Source: Paramecium tetraurelia | Lineage: Eukaryota | DNA length: 64,000 nt | Assembly: GCA_000165425.1 (NCBI GenBank) | Contig: CT868649.1 | Location: 434,001-498,000 of the forward strand | Direction of reading: 5' to 3' | Shown: positions 43,280-57,100 of the stretch, in pieces | Position numbering within the stretch: the stretch's first letter is position 1 | Layout: every line of letters begins with the position of its first letter | Position numbers and translations under genes: made by a program | The notes under the pieces: model-generated | Database searches by the model: none | What the model saw: only the letters and a program-made list of their open reading frames with translations | Told to the model about the DNA's origin: nothing

Positions 43280-45219
43280 TCAATAGTTTAAGGAATTCTG
43301 GGATTTCTTCAATTTCTGCAGATTTGTCTTAAGGCATTGTCTAAATATAAATTCATAGATTTTACGAATTCACTTCTTCTAATCGTATCAGTTGTTTTAT
43401 TCTTTTAGCGAATCCTGCATCATTTTTTTCTTTTAACTTTTTAGTCAATTGATTGATTGATCATATAAAACATCAAGATTCACTTCATAAATGGATTAAA
43501 GTGATTAATCATCTGAAATTTCATCTGCATATTTTTCAGTTTGTATTCTTTTTTAAGCTTCCAAAGATCCATGCTAACGATATTTCAATTTTCGATTTTT
43601 TAATTGATTTAAATGCGTTTCTAATTATTCATTTAAATTTTATTCCTTTTCACTTTCGATCATAGTGTGAAATTTCTAGGTCATCTCCTTAACCCTATGA
43701 TTAAATAACATATTATACTGCTTATTCAACGTATATATATTTCTATTGTGTATGTAATCGTATAACTTAACATCATAGTTGGTTATCAAACCTTTAAAAT
43801 TTTTAGGATTTTTATCGCCCTCTACTTATTTTGTAAATAGGTAGAAAGGTTTTTTTGTAATTATAAATTATTTCCTTTTTCTAGGATCAGAAATAGAATC
43901 CTAGAATTTACAAATTTATTTATATTAATTAAGGTGATGCTTGAGACTAGCCACATAAACATCCAATGGACAATCAGTAGGTAATTTTGAATTGCTTTGG
44001 AACAAATGATCTTATTGTTATTTTAATGTGAGTGGAGATTAGGATATAGAATTTTAATTGCTTTTAATTTTGGATTTTCTTAATTCAGATTAAAATTTAA
44101 TATTGTATTATTCCAAAAGTTTTCGTTCTTAATTTAGAGCTGATTTAAATTGGATTTATTTTTGTTATTCTAATTCCAATAAATAAATTTTAGAATATTG
44201 GTTCATTTAATTTTTCAACATCCCTAGGGAAGGGCAATCAAATTTATCAAAATGCTTTTCCTGATGTTTGATGATTGGTTGTACATTATCATAGTTTACT
44301 AATAATTATTTAAGTTTTCGTTGACATGGTACTAATTTCTTATAATATTATGCATCATCCTTGAGTTTTTCTTACTGTTATTGTATATGTTAATTATAAT
44401 CATTAGTTATGTCAAAGAAAGTCTTGATAAAATGAATATTTCTAATATCTTCTTCTCTTTGTTCTTAATTTAAGGATTTCCTCAAATCAATCTATAAAAT
44501 TATATTTTACAAGTACTCTTTATTAAACGAAGTTTCTCAAAACCTAAATCTTTTTATTTATTTTGGTTTTAAAAATGTCCAGCTTCAGTAAATCTTCTTT
44601 GATCAACCATACGTATTTGATGCGCTTTGAGTTATTTAGTTGAACTGTTGATATTCAATAAAGGAGTTGAGTCATTGATTTTTAGTGTATCCGTGATTCT
44701 TAAATTTTTTAATTTTTTGGACTATTGACAGTTTTCTCTATAGTGATTTGTTCTCCTCAATCTGCTTCTAGTTTAGTATAAATTAGATTGGCTTACAGCA
44801 TGAACATGAGGAAAATTAATTACCTCCATTAATTACTGAATTGATTATTCTCCTTCAAGATACTTGTAGAACTCCAACTTGAATTGCTTATTAGTACAAG
44901 GAAGTAGAATAGGAATTTCATTTACTAAAGGATCCTAGAGATACTGTGATCATAATTCAAATAGGTACTTCTTTGGCCTCAGGGAAAAGGCTTCCTTTTT
45001 TTGTTTCAAGTTGATATCGTGTAAGATATTGCCAAACATTAGCTTCCAAGCATCTTTCTGGTTTTATGGACTCTGTTTTTTGACATTTAAGTAAGTCACC
45101 TTCTTACCATTTAAAATTCGTTGGTTACTTTAGATTAAGTTTTGCCTAAATTTGCTAGGAGGATGATCTCTAAGCGAATCTGGTTCAGTTTTCAGATAAG
45201 CCGATACTGATTCTTACAT
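43280..45219 (-). CDS. Hypothetical protein; last two exons depend on a non-canonical intron (otherwise ends at 43480)
   Basis: Open frame from MQESVSAYLKTEPD with micro-introns; see finding at 43462-43483. Confidence 0.7.
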
Positions 45220-45246
45220 ATTTAATTATAAAAAATTATAATCCCT

Positions 45247-46995
45247 ATGAATGAGGTATATATATAGTGTAAACATTAAATAGAATCTAAATCTACAAAA
45301 ACTGTTGAATAACTATCTTAACCCAACCATTGACAACCTCTAGATTATTTATTCCAAATTACAGCAATTATAATATTTTAACTCCTTCATTGAGAAGAAT
45401 CTTAAAGGAACATAAAGGGAGAGTCTATTATATGTACATAAAATCCTCACATTAGTTATGCGGCAAATTCAAAATGGAACATTTCAAAGGAGGAGAACAA
45501 ATATTCAAAGAGGGAGACAAGTCAAACGACAAATTATACATAATATTTAATGGGAAAGTTGCATTGATGAAGGCAAGACCCTAGTAAATCTAATAATCAA
45601 TCGAAAAAACCCCTGAAATTTAAAAAACACCTTCAGTCCCACAAAATTAGTTAGCCAAGCCTGCTCCATTAATACCTCAGTATTAATATAATTGTTATTG
45701 ATTTAGGAAGACTATAAATGGTAATGCTACTGGCACAAACTTTTTCAAATAATTGGCTTATTCTAAGAGGTTTGCTGATAAAATGAAAGGTAATATAATA
45801 CAGGGTTAGACAAATGAGAGAGTTTAAATAAGTCAATAAGAAATTTAAGTTTTAAATGAGAAATATGGGGAAACTATCAGAATATTAAAGAGAGGGGAAG
45901 GGTTCGGGGATAAAGCTTTATTGGAGAATGTTCCAAGGGCATTAACAGCTTGTGCTTATACTTAAGATTTATTTTTGCTGATCTTGAAAAAAGATGATTT
46001 CGATTTAATACGACAACAATTCATATAGCAAATGAAGGAAAAGAAAAGTTTAATATTCACCAAATTCCCTGTCTAAGGAGATTATTCATCAAAATAATTA
46101 GAACATTTAGCATACAGTTTTGATGTTGAACAATTTTAAAAAAACTGTGTTTTAACAGTAGACGGACTTCCAAAAAAGTCTTTCTATTTAATTCAATATG
46201 GTGATATCCTAATCGAAAAAATGATAAATGATTAAATGACAAAGATTTGTATTCTAAGTAATAGTCATTTATATTAAATTAGCTAAGGGGTAATTACTTG
46301 GAGAAGAAATAGTTATGAATGAAGATGGCTGTTGTGAATATAATTCCATTGTTCTATCAAATGAGGCTACTGTAATGGTTATCCACAAACATGAATTCTT
46401 ATAAAAGTTTCCTGAAGAATGCAAATTGTGGGTTAAGGAAGAATACTATAAAAAAAGTAAATTCAGAAAAATGTTTCAATCTAAAAACATGGAAAGTGTA
46501 ACTGGAATTGGAAAACCCAAATTCACCACAGCTAAACAATTCATAGATATTAAAAATAATTAAATGAAGATTAAGAGTAAAGAGGTTTAAGAGAGAATTG
46601 ATATAGGATCTCTGATTGAAGAAAAGAATTCCATTTACTTTTAAAAATATCAAAGTGATCCAGAAAAGGATGCAACTGCAACATTATTTGGATAAGATTT
46701 ATATTAATCTCCTAAATTGGGGTTCATCCCAAGATATGATAAAATTAATAACATACCACTTAAAGCATTTAAAGAATAGTATCTAAAGAAATTATGTTCC
46801 AAAAGAAGAAGACTAGAATTTATAAGACCTCCTCCTTTAACTGCAAGAACCTTATTAACTCTGTAAACAAACCAATCTCAGTACTTAACCAAAATTCAGC
46901 ATACACATACGCATACTTAATCTACTGTTATCAATTCATTTACTCCAAGTCTCTCTTAATCACCTAATTTTACAAATAGTAAAGAAATTAATTGA
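45247..46995 (+). CDS. Cyclic-nucleotide-binding domain protein (two cNMP domains, second degenerate)
   Basis: FKGGEQIFKEGDKSNDKLYIIFNGKV…GEGFGDKALLENVPRALTAC; second domain VFYLIQYGDI…GQLLGEE. Confidence 0.88.
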
Positions 46996-46999
46996 TATG

Positions 47000-49600
47000 A
47001 TAAACTATTCTAATATGATCTTATTTAATCACAATTTATTAAAATCTCTCGAAAATCATTCATTCAATATTTACTTACTAGCATACTAAACAGATTTTCT
47101 TATTATTTTATTGCTATATAGATTATTAAACAAGCTTTAATTTTATTCTTATCTTTATTGTCATAAAATCAACATAAAGAGGTTTGCCTTGTTGCTATTT
47201 TTAAAGAGATTATTCTCTGAAATTGTTTCTTTATAGAAAAACTTAAATCTCAAATCTAATATTTTGCATTAAAATAATCTTGTAAATGAATCAATTTTGA
47301 TGTAACCTATTATAATTTTATATAAAAATCCATTATTAATCTATATTAACTAATTGTTTTTAAGTTTTCTTATTATATTTTAATCAACAAATTCTTGAAA
47401 TTATTACTTTTCTTTCGATGCTTAACATATAAGATCTGTGTTATTCTTTATTCTCCGAAAAACTTTCGCCTACAACATTTTCAACTCATACAAAATATTT
47501 CTAAAGTGTTTTTGCAAATTGATTTTAAATTTACTTTTCTAATCTTTATATAACCTCTTTGGTGATCTTTAAAGTATTTATGCTCAGCTCTCATTTGTGC
47601 AAATTGAAAATAGTGGGACAGTCATTAAATGTATTTTAATGACTAATCTATTAAACTGTTAACTATCTTTTAGTTCATCTTTTTAATCATTTTTAAAGAA
47701 ATTTTGAGTAAAAAATGATATTAATTTTAATTTATATATATTGGTTATAAGATAGATTAATTTTAATTTATTTTGATCTTCTCTTTACTTATTACATCTT
47801 TATTTCATCCTTTTTGGTAAAGTTAAAAAACCTTACTTCAACTTATGCTATATTGACTTTTAGTTCTTAGCTAATGTTATAAACAGTTCATAAATTATTC
47901 AGCTATTTCTTCTTCTTTCATTATTCTCTTTTAATTACTTGTAAGACTTTTTTTAAGAATTAAAAACCTTCTTTTGCAATTAGTAATATCTAAATCAAAA
48001 TATGATTACCATTGCTGGTATTTAAGTTCTGAAGAAATTTCTCTTTAATTAAATATACAAATATTCAATAATAAAACTTGGAATTCTTTAAACATTTTAA
48101 AATTAATTTATTATAGGAAGAAGTTCAATAAACTGCACTAAGCAATAAATAGTTTTATTAACTATAAACACGATTTTTGGAATATTACAAATTATATTTA
48201 TATAATTTATTTAATATTATTTATAAATTAGAATATAAAAATAGTGCGAAATAAGATACATAAACTTTAATTAGGGAAGTACATAAGAATGAAAAATAAT
48301 TTTAATTATCAATAAAAAGCTCAAGCCTCAGGGATCATTATTGCATTTTAATTATGAATTCCCAAGGCGAAAGTAAAATTTCAAGATTGTATTATCACTG
48401 TCTCATCTACATTAATTTATTCCCATATGTTATTGTTAAATAAACCTATTTACGTGCAGATAAGATAGTCTATAGGTTTATCATATTTTATATAAAATAT
48501 ATTTATTTTATACAAGAATTCTTTGGAATAATAGTTTGGAAAAGTTTTTAGTTTTCATAAATTAAGATAAAATAGCAATTATATTTAAATAATTAAAGTC
48601 ATTATTCATAAGAATTTCTTAAGACAATTAATTATTAAATTTCCCATCCATTAGCTTAGATTCTAATATCTACGATTTGATAAATTTATGGCTGTGATTA
48701 TTTAATTAAAGTTTATTACATATCTAATTATATTTGAAAATAATTATTAATAATCCACATGAATTTCGAGACTTAAACAACAGAAACACATCAATAAAAA
48801 ACCTACAAAATCATCACATTCCCCTAACATCTCGAAGAAGTGAACGAGTTTCAAAATTTCAAGAAATAGTTAGCACTAAAAATATTAAGAAAAAGCAAGG
48901 CACTAAAGAAACAATCTTGATAATGAAAATCTGATTTTGATGATTATACTTATTTAAAAGAGTATTTTCAGTTATTTATACATGGTCTTCCCTGTCTTAC
49001 AACATAAAACAAAAATACTATATAAAATTATTTTTAGTGACAAAAGATTTTAAGAAACCCAGAATGAAGACTACGTTTCTTTAATTAAGGAATTGTTCAC
49101 TCTTTTACTTATAAAAATATAATCCTAAGTAAAATCAACCTTTAGATCACATCTAAGTTGTAATATTTCAGAGGATCACCAACTTCATAATTTAGGATAA
49201 TATGAGGAGAAACTATTTTTAAGAAGGCAAAAACTAAGCCCAACTCTTATTGTTACAAAAAATTAGATAATTAGTACTTTTAATGAGACTTATATTAAAT
49301 GCTAAATTCATTTATAATTGAATGCGGCTTAAAAAATTTAATTATATAATTTTAAAAATATCAATATTTTATGAAGAATTTATTATTTTATTTGAATGGG
49401 TAAAGATGTAGGTATAAATATTTACAATTTTCTTAAAGCTGCTTGGCTAAAATTGATAAAATAGTTTCTTCTACGATTAAAGTTCCACAAAAAATTATTA
49501 TTACATATAGTCAACCCTACATATCTTATGTAATAAATGACATTCTAAGATATAAGGGATAAGATTCAGAACCAAGCAACTCTGATAAAAATACGAGACC
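47000..49600. pseudogene. Long gene-free stretch with decayed coding fragments on both strands
   Basis: No sustained table-6 frame found; short protein-like pieces (e.g. 48734-48934 +, ~47400-47620 -) end in TGA. Confidence 0.35.
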
Positions 49601-49648
49601 TATAAGATCAATTAAAATTTATAGTTAAATTCTTATTTTAATTAATAT

Positions 49649-50675
49649 TCATTTAGACTCTTAGGCCCAATCGAACACATTATCCCATGTGTATTCCTAT
49701 TTAATAAATAGATCTTTGAATAATCTCTTAATCCAAACATAATCAGGTATTTCTTCGAATTTTAAACTCTTAATGTAATTAAAGTATTTAACAAACTCCT
49801 CTATTGATATATATATATATTTAAATACCAGGGAATCCTTCGCATAATTTATCTATTGGAGTAGCAATCTTGCATTCACCAACCTTTTCATACTTTGCTT
49901 TCTTGGTTTCTGTCTTGATTCCTGACCAGGGTAGAGATCCTCTTAAAAAATAAATGAGCATATAGCCTATAGACTCCAAATCATCTCTTCTGCTTTGCTC
50001 AATTCCCAAATGAGCATTGATGCTAGAAAACCTACATGTGCCTACCAATTGATTATTTTCGCCATATTAGATATGTGTTTCTATGAATTGAATGAATGCT
50101 TACCTGTCCTTTGATATCTATATCTTTTAGCCAAACCAAAGTCAATCATATAAATGTTGTCTGCCTTTTTGTTGAGGCCAATTAAGAAATTCTCAGGTTT
50201 GATATCTCTATGAATAAAGTCTTTGTTATGCAAGTAGGAAATTCTTGTTAGTAACTATAGGTAAGTTGATTAATATCTACTTGATCAGCTAACATTAAAA
50301 CAGATTTAAGTGAGAATTTTCTTCCATTGTAATTGAACAAGTCTTCCAAACTTGGTCCAAGTATATCCATGACTAACACATTAAAATCTCCTTCCTATCC
50401 AAACCAATGTAAATTTGGAATTCCAGGTACTGGACCATCAAGCAATAAGATTCTATAAATTTTGGCTTCATGTAACAATTAAGAATGGTTATTGGTCACG
50501 TTTTCCTATTAAAATTAGAATTTCAGTTACTAGTTTGATTGCTATTTCTTCACCAGTTTTGATATTGTTTCCTATTATAGAACTCTATTTTACCCAAATA
50601 GATTTAGCCGAATGCTCCAATTCCTATTTTCTTATCCAGAGTAAATCTATACTTTTATGCAAAAGTCAACTCCAT
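49649..50675 (-). CDS. CK1: Casein kinase 1
   Basis: [60 protein letters not shown]; five micro-introns. Confidence 0.97.
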
Positions 50676-50834
50676 TAAATATATAAATTAATAATCTAAA
50701 TTAAATATGTTCTCAAAAGTTTTCTTAATTGTATAAGAAAAATAATTTTATACTTTAATGGATCCCGATTGGGACTGAGCATTATTATCATCATAACATC
50801 ATACTATAAAGAAATTAAAAATAATTATTTTAGA

Positions 50835-51551
50835 ATGTAAAGTTCAAACGAATAAACTAAGGGAAAAGGATTAAAATTTGTTTGTCTAAGTGATACTCAT
50901 AATTAACATCCAAAAAAATTAGAAAAAGGAGATGTTCTAATACACTGCGGAGACTTTACTTGTGCAGGTGATTACAAAGAAGTTTAAAATTTTAACAGAT
51001 GGCTTGACGAATAGAAAGAATTTAAATATAAAATCATCATTGCTGGAAATCATGATTTAAGCTTTGATACTAGAAAATATCCATAGCTACTGAATTATCA
51101 GGAGCTCTAATAAGAGATTTAATATTTAAAAAAGAATTTTATTTATTTAGAAAATTCTGATGTTGATATTGAAGGATATAAAATATGGGGCAGTCCACAT
51201 TCCTTAGAATACTGGTATGGAGCATTTTAGATATCTCCAGATGAATCTGAAAATATTTGGAAAAACATACACGATTAAACAGATATTGTATTAACGCATG
51301 GACCTCCATATGGCCATGGGGATATGTCCAAAAGTGAAGTTCATAATAATGTTGGTGATTAATAACTATTATAAAGAATTAAATAAATAAAACCAAAATA
51401 TCATATTTTTGGTCATATTCATGAAGCCTATGGAAAAACAGAAGAGGATGGCATCACATTTATTAATTGTTCTTATTTCAAAAATGGATATTCATTTGGA
51501 AACAAACCTTTTTCGTTTACTCTTCCTTACAAAGAATAACAAAACAGATGA
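50835..51551 (+). CDS. Calcineurin-like metallophosphoesterase (MPPED1/2-like)
   Basis: SDTH, GDVLIHCGDFT, IAGNHD, LTHGPP, HIFGHIHE; intronless, 238 aa. Confidence 0.93.
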
Positions 51552-51694
51552 CATCAATTAAAAAAGACTTTAATATTAATTTATTCGCAATCAAACATAT
51601 ATTATCCAATTATACCTTTTTACCTTATATTACAATTTCATTTAATATAATTAATGAATTTAATTTCCACATGTTAATTAATGACAAATAATGT

Positions 51695-51999
51695 TCATAG
51701 GTCACTATTCTTTTTGCTATTTCCCATACCTAATTACCTTTTTAGCTCTTGAATTTATTTCTAATATTAGACTTCTCTCTATTTATAGTCTCTTAACTAT
51801 TATTCTAGCTTCTCTATATTTTCTAAATATGTACTTAGCCATCATCATCTTCAGATCCAAGCTAATAAATTAATTAGTACAATACGCTATCATAGTTAAG
51901 CTTTTGTTCTTAATCAGCCCATTGATACCCCAAAAGGAAGAAGGTTAAACATGTCACCAACAAGACAATTCCAATTTCAATTAATTAAATTTATATCAT
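51695..51999 (-). CDS. Small N-anchored membrane protein with coiled coil (84 aa)
   Basis: MIQIQLIEIGIVLLVTCLTFFLLGYQW…DDDEKLEQQLRDYKQREVQYQKQIQELKRQLG…KKNSDL* using introns 51862-51885 (GT-AG) and 51814-51839 (GC-AG). Confidence 0.65.
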
Positions 52000-52399
52000 T
52001 ATAAAATATTTATAATTATCCCAAAATAACAATTCTTTTAGCAATTCATATGAATTTTAGAGTAATACTCATTTAATGTGCTTTAAATAAAACAATCTTT
52101 AAATTCTGCATAAATATATTAAAATTAACAAATATAAAAAACAAGTAATTAACATATCATTTCTAATATAGGGGAAAAATTAAGTCTAATTAAATTACTT
52201 AAATTTATTGGTGTTTCTCACATAAAAATGAAATATCAGCTTAAAAATATCAGAATTCCTATTTTTAAAATGTTTCATAAAAGATTCATAATTAAATTAT
52301 GTTTCTACAACAGCAGTGAAGTATTCTTCTTTTTGAAACAATTTAGTTTTATTTATCATTTATTAATATTAGGAAAATACATGCAAATTTTAATCTGAT

Positions 52400-54060
52400 A
52401 TTTCAGTTCACTAAAAGTTTAAGATTTTTCAAAGTAAAAGAAATAAAACAAAATTTTAATGATGAGTATATACATTAAATAAGCCTTCTTTTTTTTCTAT
52501 TATCCTTTGTTTAAGGTAAGATTTTCTTATTTTAAATTTTCTCAAATAATGTAAAATTTTAATCTGAATCAATTTTAATGAGAAATAACTTAATATTTTG
52601 ATATGGATTGCGAGAAAGCGTGAAAAAATTAAAAATATATAGATATTAAAATGAATTAAATGTGTAAAATAGAATGATGCAATAACAGAAGTTGGATTGG
52701 CCTTTTAATAACTATTACTAAAATGAGAAATATTTAAATTCAACTAAACTATTTTTAAAGTTATTTATTGAACTACATTGCTTGCTTGATTAAATTAAGA
52801 AATGAATTTCCATTCAAAAAATTCAATAGTTTCATTAAAATACTTACATAATTATAAAAAATAGAATTAAAGTATTATAATTACGAATATAAATTAACAA
52901 GTTAAAAAATAATCATAATTTGCTCAGCAATTCAAATGTAAGAAATTCGTAGATAAACTATTTAGTCACATTTGGGATTATGTGTTATAAGACAATCGTA
53001 AATTAACTTCTGAGATGATATTATCTTATGGTCCATTATGGTTAGTAATTTTTAAATCAATAAAAATGAATGTACAATTATTAGAACTAAGGACTGTAAG
53101 TCATAAATAATTTTATTTAACTATTCTTATTAGAATAATTGGATTATATTAAAAATGTGAGACTCTAATCAAATTGATGATGGTTAAATATTATTTGATA
53201 TTTTAGATTAGGAAAATCAGAAAATAAAATTTATATTAATATTTCAATGATTATAATGTATAAAATAATTATTCAAGATATGATTCAGGAACTAACATTG
53301 ATAATAAGGAGTCGATAACCTTATTATGATAATGTTATCAGACGTATGTCTTTAAATTCTTCGTTAAAAATCACAAACAAATCTTTGATATTGGATTTAT
53401 TCCAATAAGTTTCTCCAATAAATCTTGGATTTTGCCCTTAAAAAATTATTAATTAAATAATTTTTAATAGCTAGAAATTAAGATTTGAAGGAATGTTTTT
53501 TTGTTGCAGTTCAAAATAAAAAAAGGAAAAGAAACTCGTAAAGCCCAAATTAAATACACCCACAAATTTAAAAAAACTATATTCTAGCGTGCCTTAATTA
53601 CAAAGCATTAATTAAAGCACCATTCTCATTAGAAGAATTTCAGGGATTCAAAAGCCATTTAATCTTAATCATAAAAATGATAACATATTATATATAAAAA
53701 ATTGAATTTTTTCAAAGATTCTCTCTCAAACAATCTAGTAATACTTAGTGATTATAAATTGCAAGCTTTATAAAGGTTTATTTTCTGCATTACTTTGTAT
53801 TTGTAAGATATTAATGGCAAATAATGTATTATAATCAAATTATTCGATAATTCGAATAAAGAGGGAACTAATGCAAAATTGAAAGCTAAATACAAATTAA
53901 AGTGCCAACCTTCCTTTTTTTAGTTTACTCTAAAATCATATTTCAGAGCTTAATTTTTATTACAAGATTGCCAATTCATATAATATAAATAAATAGAATC
54001 CAGAGCAAACTAAAAACCTTGTATTCCAAAGCTACCTATAGAAGAAGATAAATAAATATT
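52400..54060 (+). pseudogene. Decayed coding region(s), including an MFFCCS-start remnant at 53493
   Basis: Fragmented protein-like frames; ATG TTT TTT TGT TGC (MFFCCSSKQKKEK) start followed by a frame with no clean stop before the kinesin gene. Confidence 0.3.
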
Positions 54061-54115
54061 TTAGTTTTAAGATTGTATATATATAATAATTGAGTTAAGT
54101 TGGAATAATAATAAA

Positions 54116-57100
54116 ATGGATATTCAAACTTAATAATTAAATGTTTAAGTGGCAGTCAGAGTGAGGCCTTTAAGCAACAAGGAACTAAATGCAAAGGACG
54201 AATGTTGTTTGAAGACTGAGGACAACAGAGTATGAATTACTATAATATAGATAATTTTGCCATAAAGTGGGAAAATCTTTACTTTTGACCATGTCTTCAA
54301 TTAGGATTCGAACTAGGAAGAGATTTTTGATAGGTAATGAATGGAATTCCTATATTTTAGTTGTGTAACCAATTTAGTGTAAAGATGCTTTGAGGGATAT
54401 AATAGTACAATATTGGCATATGGCCAAACAGGTTCTGGGAAAACCTTCACAATGGGAACATCAGGTTTGGATCAATATTCTGGTTTAATATTGTGATTAA
54501 TGCATAGACTAAAATGAATGGGGAATGATACCAAGAGCAGTATATTTATTATTTGATGAAGTGGAGAAAAGGAAATAAGAATAGGACTAGGACATAATTA
54601 TTACATGTTCATACATAGAATTATATAATGAATAAATAATCGATTTGCTAAATGAATCATCAATGAAATCTAATTTATAACCAACAATAAGAGAGGAAAA
54701 GGATCATACAATTTCAATTCAAAATTTAACAACAATATCAGTAATGAATCCATAAGATATGCTTCAAATATTAAATAAAGGAGGAACCCATAGAACAACA
54801 GCAGCAACTCAAATGAATTTGAATAGTTCAAGATCCCATGCAATATTTACAACTTATTTTAAAATAAACCCAGAATCAGAGGAAGAATCTCTAAGTGCAA
54901 AATTTCATTTTGTTGATCTAGCTGGTAGTGAGAGACTAAAAAAAACTATGGCTATAGGTAAGCAGATGGAAGAAGGGATTAATATTAATTAAAGTCTTTT
55001 GGTGTTAGGAAATGTAATTAAAACATTAAGTGATTAAAAAAAATCGGCTCATGTTCCATATAGAGAAAGTAAATTAACAAGGTATTTAAAGATTTAAATA
55101 ATTATATATAGAATTCTATAAGATTCCTTGGGAGGTAATTCGAACACCTATATGATAGCCTGTATTTCACCATCAGCTAGTAATTACGAAGAAACAATTA
55201 ACACTTTGAAATATGCAAGTAGAGCTAGAGAAATTAAAAACAAGCCTACTCAAAACAGAGTATCTTGATATCTTTATTTAAGGATCCACATGCAGCTTAA
55301 ATTATAGCTTTAAAACAATAGATACTTGGTCTTTAGGGTCAAATTAAACAATTTTCTTAAATACTTTAGGAGAATAATATCAATACTGACTCTGTTAAAT
55401 ATATGGCTGATTAGATTTATGAATCAATCTCTCCAAGTTCTGGGCCTTAATAATCTTGCTCAGAACATGGAGAAGCTATTCTTAAATTAAAAAATTAAAA
55501 TTAATAGTTGGAAAAGCAATTAAATAGTTTGTAAAGAGAATTGTAGAATTCTTAAAAAGGATTAAGTGAAAGTATGCTTGAAGGTTACAAAGCAAAGAAA
55601 TAAAGAGACTAAGTTATGAAACAGTTTCAAGATGCAAAAAAGTAAGCTTATATATTTGATTTAGAATTCTATAAAAATACAATATCTAATTTAATTTCAA
55701 TGAGGATCAATAAATGGATACTTATTATAATGAAATAGCTAATTTAAAGAATGTAGTCAAAGAACATGAACAAAGAATATTTCTATTACAATCTAACAAT
55801 GATTAATTGATAAAAGTAATTTAATTTGATACATAACTTAGTACAGGAAGCACGCAGAGATCAAAAATTATTGAGATAAAAGCAACACGAATTAATGAGA
55901 TTAGAAAAACGAAAATAAGATGTAGACTAAATAGATGATGATTTTGAGTTAGATGACTCTGAAATAATACAGAAGGATCTTCAAATTGAAGAATAGGAGT
56001 ATCAGCTTCAAGAATTGGATAAAATAAAGATAGAGACAATTTAATTATTATAAGATGATAAGCAAAACTATTTAAAATAAATCTCTATTTTAGAAGAAGA
56101 GAAGGCTAAACTATAAAAGTAACTCAATACTAAATAGGATTCTGCTTAAATGAATTAACTAAAATTTAAAATATCAGAATACGAAACTAAAATATTGGAT
56201 ATGAGATAAAAAGAATTGACATCCAAATAATTATAAAAGAAATTGGATGATCAGGAGTCTTAAGTGAAAGAACTTAGAACTAATATTGAATAAATGAAAA
56301 AATAAAAAGTTGATTTGATTAAGAAAATGAAATAAGAAAATGAGAAATACATTAAAGATAAGGAATAAAAACATAAAGAGTTAATATATGCCAAAAAATA
56401 AAAAATATAATAAGACACTTTAGTAAGTAAATTGAAAAATGATAATACTAAAAAAGATGTTTAATTAAAGAGAAAGGAGGACGAATTATAAAAACAAAAA
56501 AATGAAAAACTAATTATCAAATAACATAATCGATATAATCCAAATAAATCACTACAATATGACACTTTTGAGAAGTAAATTGATGATCTGTTTTCAGAAC
56601 TAATACTTGGTGAATAGGCTGAGGAATAAATAACCAAAGAATACTCCAAGTTAGAAGAACTCTAAGAAGAATTAAGACAAATTGAGGTAAGGATTTGTTC
56701 ATTACAAATTAAAATTGATTAACTTTAATTTGATATGACTCAAAATACTGCAGTTTGTAGCATGGAAAATATACAATAATATGAGTTAGAATTAAATGAC
56801 TTTTAGTAGAAAAGAGAAAATATTTCAGAAACAATTGAATTCTAGCTATAAAAAATTGATGATTATAGAGTTATATCATCAAAAGCAAATGATTACTACA
56901 CAATAGTATTAACTAATCAATACTTCAAAGATTTACCTAATTGGTGTACCAGATCATTTAGATATGTTATTGATAATTGGGTTAAAGATCATTATTAAAT
57001 GACTTTATATGCTTAATAAATAGAGGAATTAAATTAAACAAATTAAGAACTAATAAATGCAAAACCCAGTCCCATAAAAAAGTCGATCAGATAAAATACT

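Noticed and set aside
43445..43462. (TCAA)n microsatellite slippage as the cause of the frame break
   Set aside because: The upstream intron-supported frame is a different one; a near-canonical 22-nt intron explains the break better
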